Shown piece by piece: positions 61,014-64,000 of a DNA stretch of 64,000 nt. Below the pieces are notes generated by a model, which saw nothing but the letters and a program-made list of their open reading frames with translations, made no database searches and was not told where the DNA came from. Source of the DNA: Penicillus capitatus (lineage: Eukaryota; Plantae; Chlorophyta); the NCBI GenBank assembly GCA_965649825.1, contig OZ287697.1:496001-560000 (forward strand), read 5' to 3'. Each line of letters begins with the position of its first letter. The first letter of the stretch is position 1. The translations under genes and the position numbers were made by a program.

Positions 61014-62754
61014 TCACACAAAACGCAACACGGGTGAACGCGCGAACAGGCGATGGTGAATTGTCCTCGGGACGTGCCGTCTTCTCGGAGCAGCTATTCT
61101 GAGAGAGCCTCTCGTGGGAATGTGGCCATTGGAGCGATGGGGTGGTGATGGATGGTGTGGTTTTGCCTTGCCATCGCCGATCAGTTTCTGCAGTTTGGGT
61201 TTGAGGTCCGTCATGCGATAGTTGTAGGGAATAGAGATGAAGCCAGATTCCCATGCTTGGTAACTACTGTCGATGGCAATACCGGCATCTGATAGATCCA
61301 CCGACTGACGGATACTCTCTGCATTCTCTATGAGCCTCTCGGCTGCCTTGATAGCCTAAAACACGAGATGCCTGTGGCGTCTACGCTTTAAGAATGCATT
61401 TCCCTTACCTGCTGTCGTTCGTAAACGGAGCAGATGCGGATAACATTTTTGGCTCCCAATGCTTTTCTGGCCTTTTCCAGAATCCTCTGCTCTTCCAAGT
61501 CATCCGTCAGCATCTCACGTGCTTCGTCTTTTGCATTGAGACATCGATCGGATTGCACGTAGTTCAGTAGATGCATGTGGGAGCAATCGGTTCGTACGTG
61601 CAGTGTAGAAGACGCGGCAGAGTAATCGACCATTGGGGCACTGTCATCCGAATGCACCAACAGCATCAGAGGTAATGGCCGCCCTGCCAGCTGTTTCCCC
61701 ACTTCCTCTCGGTTGACAAGAATCGACCCGGCCCACAACACAAACTGCTGAGCATTGGATCCAGTGGAGATATCGCAGAGAACGTCTTCCACTTGAAACA
61801 GATCCTTCATCGAATTGCGCAGTTCATCTGCTCGCCGTTCCCAGAAGGAATGCAATCGAGTGAGAAGTCCTGCACGATCCAAGTCCAATCCCTGTAGCGT
61901 TCGGGAGATCTTGTCCGGTTTCACCACCAAATGCAGACAGCCATCATCTGAGATCCAAGATGATAGAGGGTCTCTTTGGGTGGTGAGAGGCATAGGAGTG
62001 CTCTCGGGCTGATGCACGCAGAGACTCAAATTTGCAAAGAGTTGAGGCACCTCATAGGTGAGCTGCTTCATGGCGTCGTCCAAGAGCCCCAGCAACTCCA
62101 GCTGCGTCTTCAAGTCCTGCACTCCGATATCAAACTCGGAACCCATCTACCAATATGGCAGAGATCATTGGGAGGCCACATTGAGATGCGCTTGCTTTAC
62201 ATGGAGGCTTTTGAGGCGATAAGCAGTTTCCATTTCGGCTTTTGTGTGGATGAGTTTTGTCTTGAGGGCAGCGTGCCGTTCTCCATCCTCGACGACTTTG
62301 CCGACAAAACCCTTGAGCCAGTCCAAGAGATCATCATCCATGACATGATCCGGCGCATCTGTATGTCATGATGCTCATTTCTGTGATCTTAATTGACGAT
62401 GACACCGTACCTGCAGTCCATTGGAGGTACTCCTGATGCGAAATAAGCCCCAATGCATGATAGAGCGGTGCCAAGAGGCCATCGCTTTCTAGCCTTGTCG
62501 CGATTTCTTCCAAAGTACTCTCTTTCTTGATCCAGAATCGCAGTGAGATGGGTTCCGGTCGTGTATGGAGTGCCAGTTCATCCAAGTAGTGATTGAGCTT
62601 CTGTTGATAGTTCCGTGAGAGTGGATGAAGCATGGAACAGGAAGTGTACTTTCAGAGCAGAGGCGTTGATCTCTTGCTCGGTGGGATAGGCAGAAAAGAG
62701 ATCTGGATGCAAGAGACGCATGACTGAGCGAAGCAGCGCTTTCTCCTCCTTCAT
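61014..62754 (-). CDS. TCAIM-like protein (DUF4460/DUF4461)
   Basis: RLLHPDLFSAYPTEQEINASALK/KLNHYLDEL...PISLRFWIK matches the DUF4460 pattern HPD.F...P....N..SL..L..YL..L. C-terminal GFISIPYNY. Start uncertain. Confidence 0.7.
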
Positions 62755-64000
62755 GTCGCTTCAGCTTCCTGCAATGATGAATGATGTGACGCACGAAGAT
62801 CGAAAGGGTGCCCGGATCTCGGCCATATCGCTGATGGCTGTGGGGATAGCCAGATAGAGATACGTAAGATAAGACGCGTCAAGGGGCATCTATTCCTGAA
62901 CGCTCGTTTGTGAAAACTCTTAAGACGCATCCGTCGTTTCGATTGAACGCGTCTCGATTTGTGCTTTACGAGGTTTTCTGAGAAAATCGGAGAGCGATGA
63001 AGATTCGTGAATGCTGGCCAGTCACACTTCTAAAAGTGTGATGTATTGGTTTTTCGCCTAAAGGAGAATCCCTTGTTGGATGCCCTTCAAGCGCGTCAGT
63101 AGATAAAGAGTGAGAACTACATGACTGTCCATCTGCCTAAGCATAGGACAATATATTGACCCATTGTCATTGCCGAATCGCCCAGCCCTAGAGGCCGATT
63201 TCCTTTGAGGTTGGTCCACAGCAATTGTAGATACCGACGTGGTTGACGAGAAGATGAGTGTTGTGGCCGTGTTCGTGCAAAACGAAGAGAGCTCCAGGAA
63301 GGTTCACCGTCACAGGACTTGTTTTTGGTCGCCATCGTTTTTGCCTTCTGCTAAAGTGTGTTTTGTGGATGCGTCGTGTGATCTGTGATGTTTACATGTG
63401 GACGGATGGTTCTGTTTTAACAGATCTACGGTTGAGCTTTTCAGACTGTTTTGTTGACCCCATCATTGCTGAATGCCAACCGATGCGAAGCATGGAAGCG
63501 TGATTAACGTATCTTTAGATGTAAAGAATCCACAACGAAGTGAGACACAGTGCGGCCACTATAAAGCAGAACAGGCAGACAATGGAGACCATGTGATGAG
63601 GGACTCGTGAGTTTCCGGATGTAACGCAAACGGACGCTTCAAGAGAGCCAAAGGCTCAATCAGTAGCTGTAAGATGAAGAAGTCAGAAGGGCGGAGCATC
63701 ATGTGGTCAAGGACGGAAGCTTGTCGCTCGCTCTGGCTACTTACCACCTATCAGTAACTTCTTAACGAAGCACAGACATAACTAAACCCATCTAGATGCG
63801 AATCGCCCATAGCTTTTCGTTATACCCGTCCAGAGAGCGACCACTCCACTCTGAATGAATGTTGTGGCATCTCTTTTGTAGAAATGAAACGTTTCCATTG
63901 CCGGTTGACACGTTTACCGCATTAAGGTCGCCGTCGTCTCTACGACGACGGCATTCTTTGAAGTGCTAAGAAGGAACGATCGTTTAGATGGACATGAAAG

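Noticed and set aside
63100-63800. Short ORFs on both strands and an intron-like GTAAGT...CTTACAG segment near the window end
   Set aside because: I could not assemble a consistent spliced ORF or recognise a domain. It may be the UTR or 3' part of a gene outside the window.

Overview
Eukaryotic nuclear DNA from a compact-genome, flagellated green alga (chlorophyte-like). Evidence: plastid-targeted lumazine synthase, FTR catalytic subunit and sucrose-phosphate phosphatase, plus flagellar RSPH9 and Tctex1. It uses the standard genetic code and has very short GT-AG introns (about 44-60 nt). The species cannot be determined from the sequence alone. There are about 30 protein-coding genes, mostly housekeeping, and no rRNA, intact tRNA or CRISPR. 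The non-routine content is structural. (1) A repeat-rich island at about 32.2-43 kb holds an 813-bp non-coding LTR element (TRIM) with identical 132-bp LTRs, PBS, PPT and a 4-bp TSD; its empty target site is visible in a second copy of the host repeat 5.4 kb away. The host repeat carries Pol III A/B boxes, and its two copies bracket a divergent GST/CPD-photolyase pair. A decayed Penelope-like RT follows. (2) A roughly 4-kb inverted duplication (13.2-17.4 kb vs 43.1-46.9 kb) leaves a complete USP plus a pinin fragment on one side and a complete pinin plus a DUSP-less, fast-evolving USP on the other, as expected from an inversion with staggered breaks. (3) A second duplication of a convergent gene junction (SPP/Tctex1) contains an apparent gene-conversion tract. 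(4) A tandem pair of secreted Kazal proteins, one with a hidden knottin-like tail, a CBM25-like/SPP fusion, and a STAT-like SH2 protein. All gene models and alignments were made by eye, so exon boundaries are approximate.
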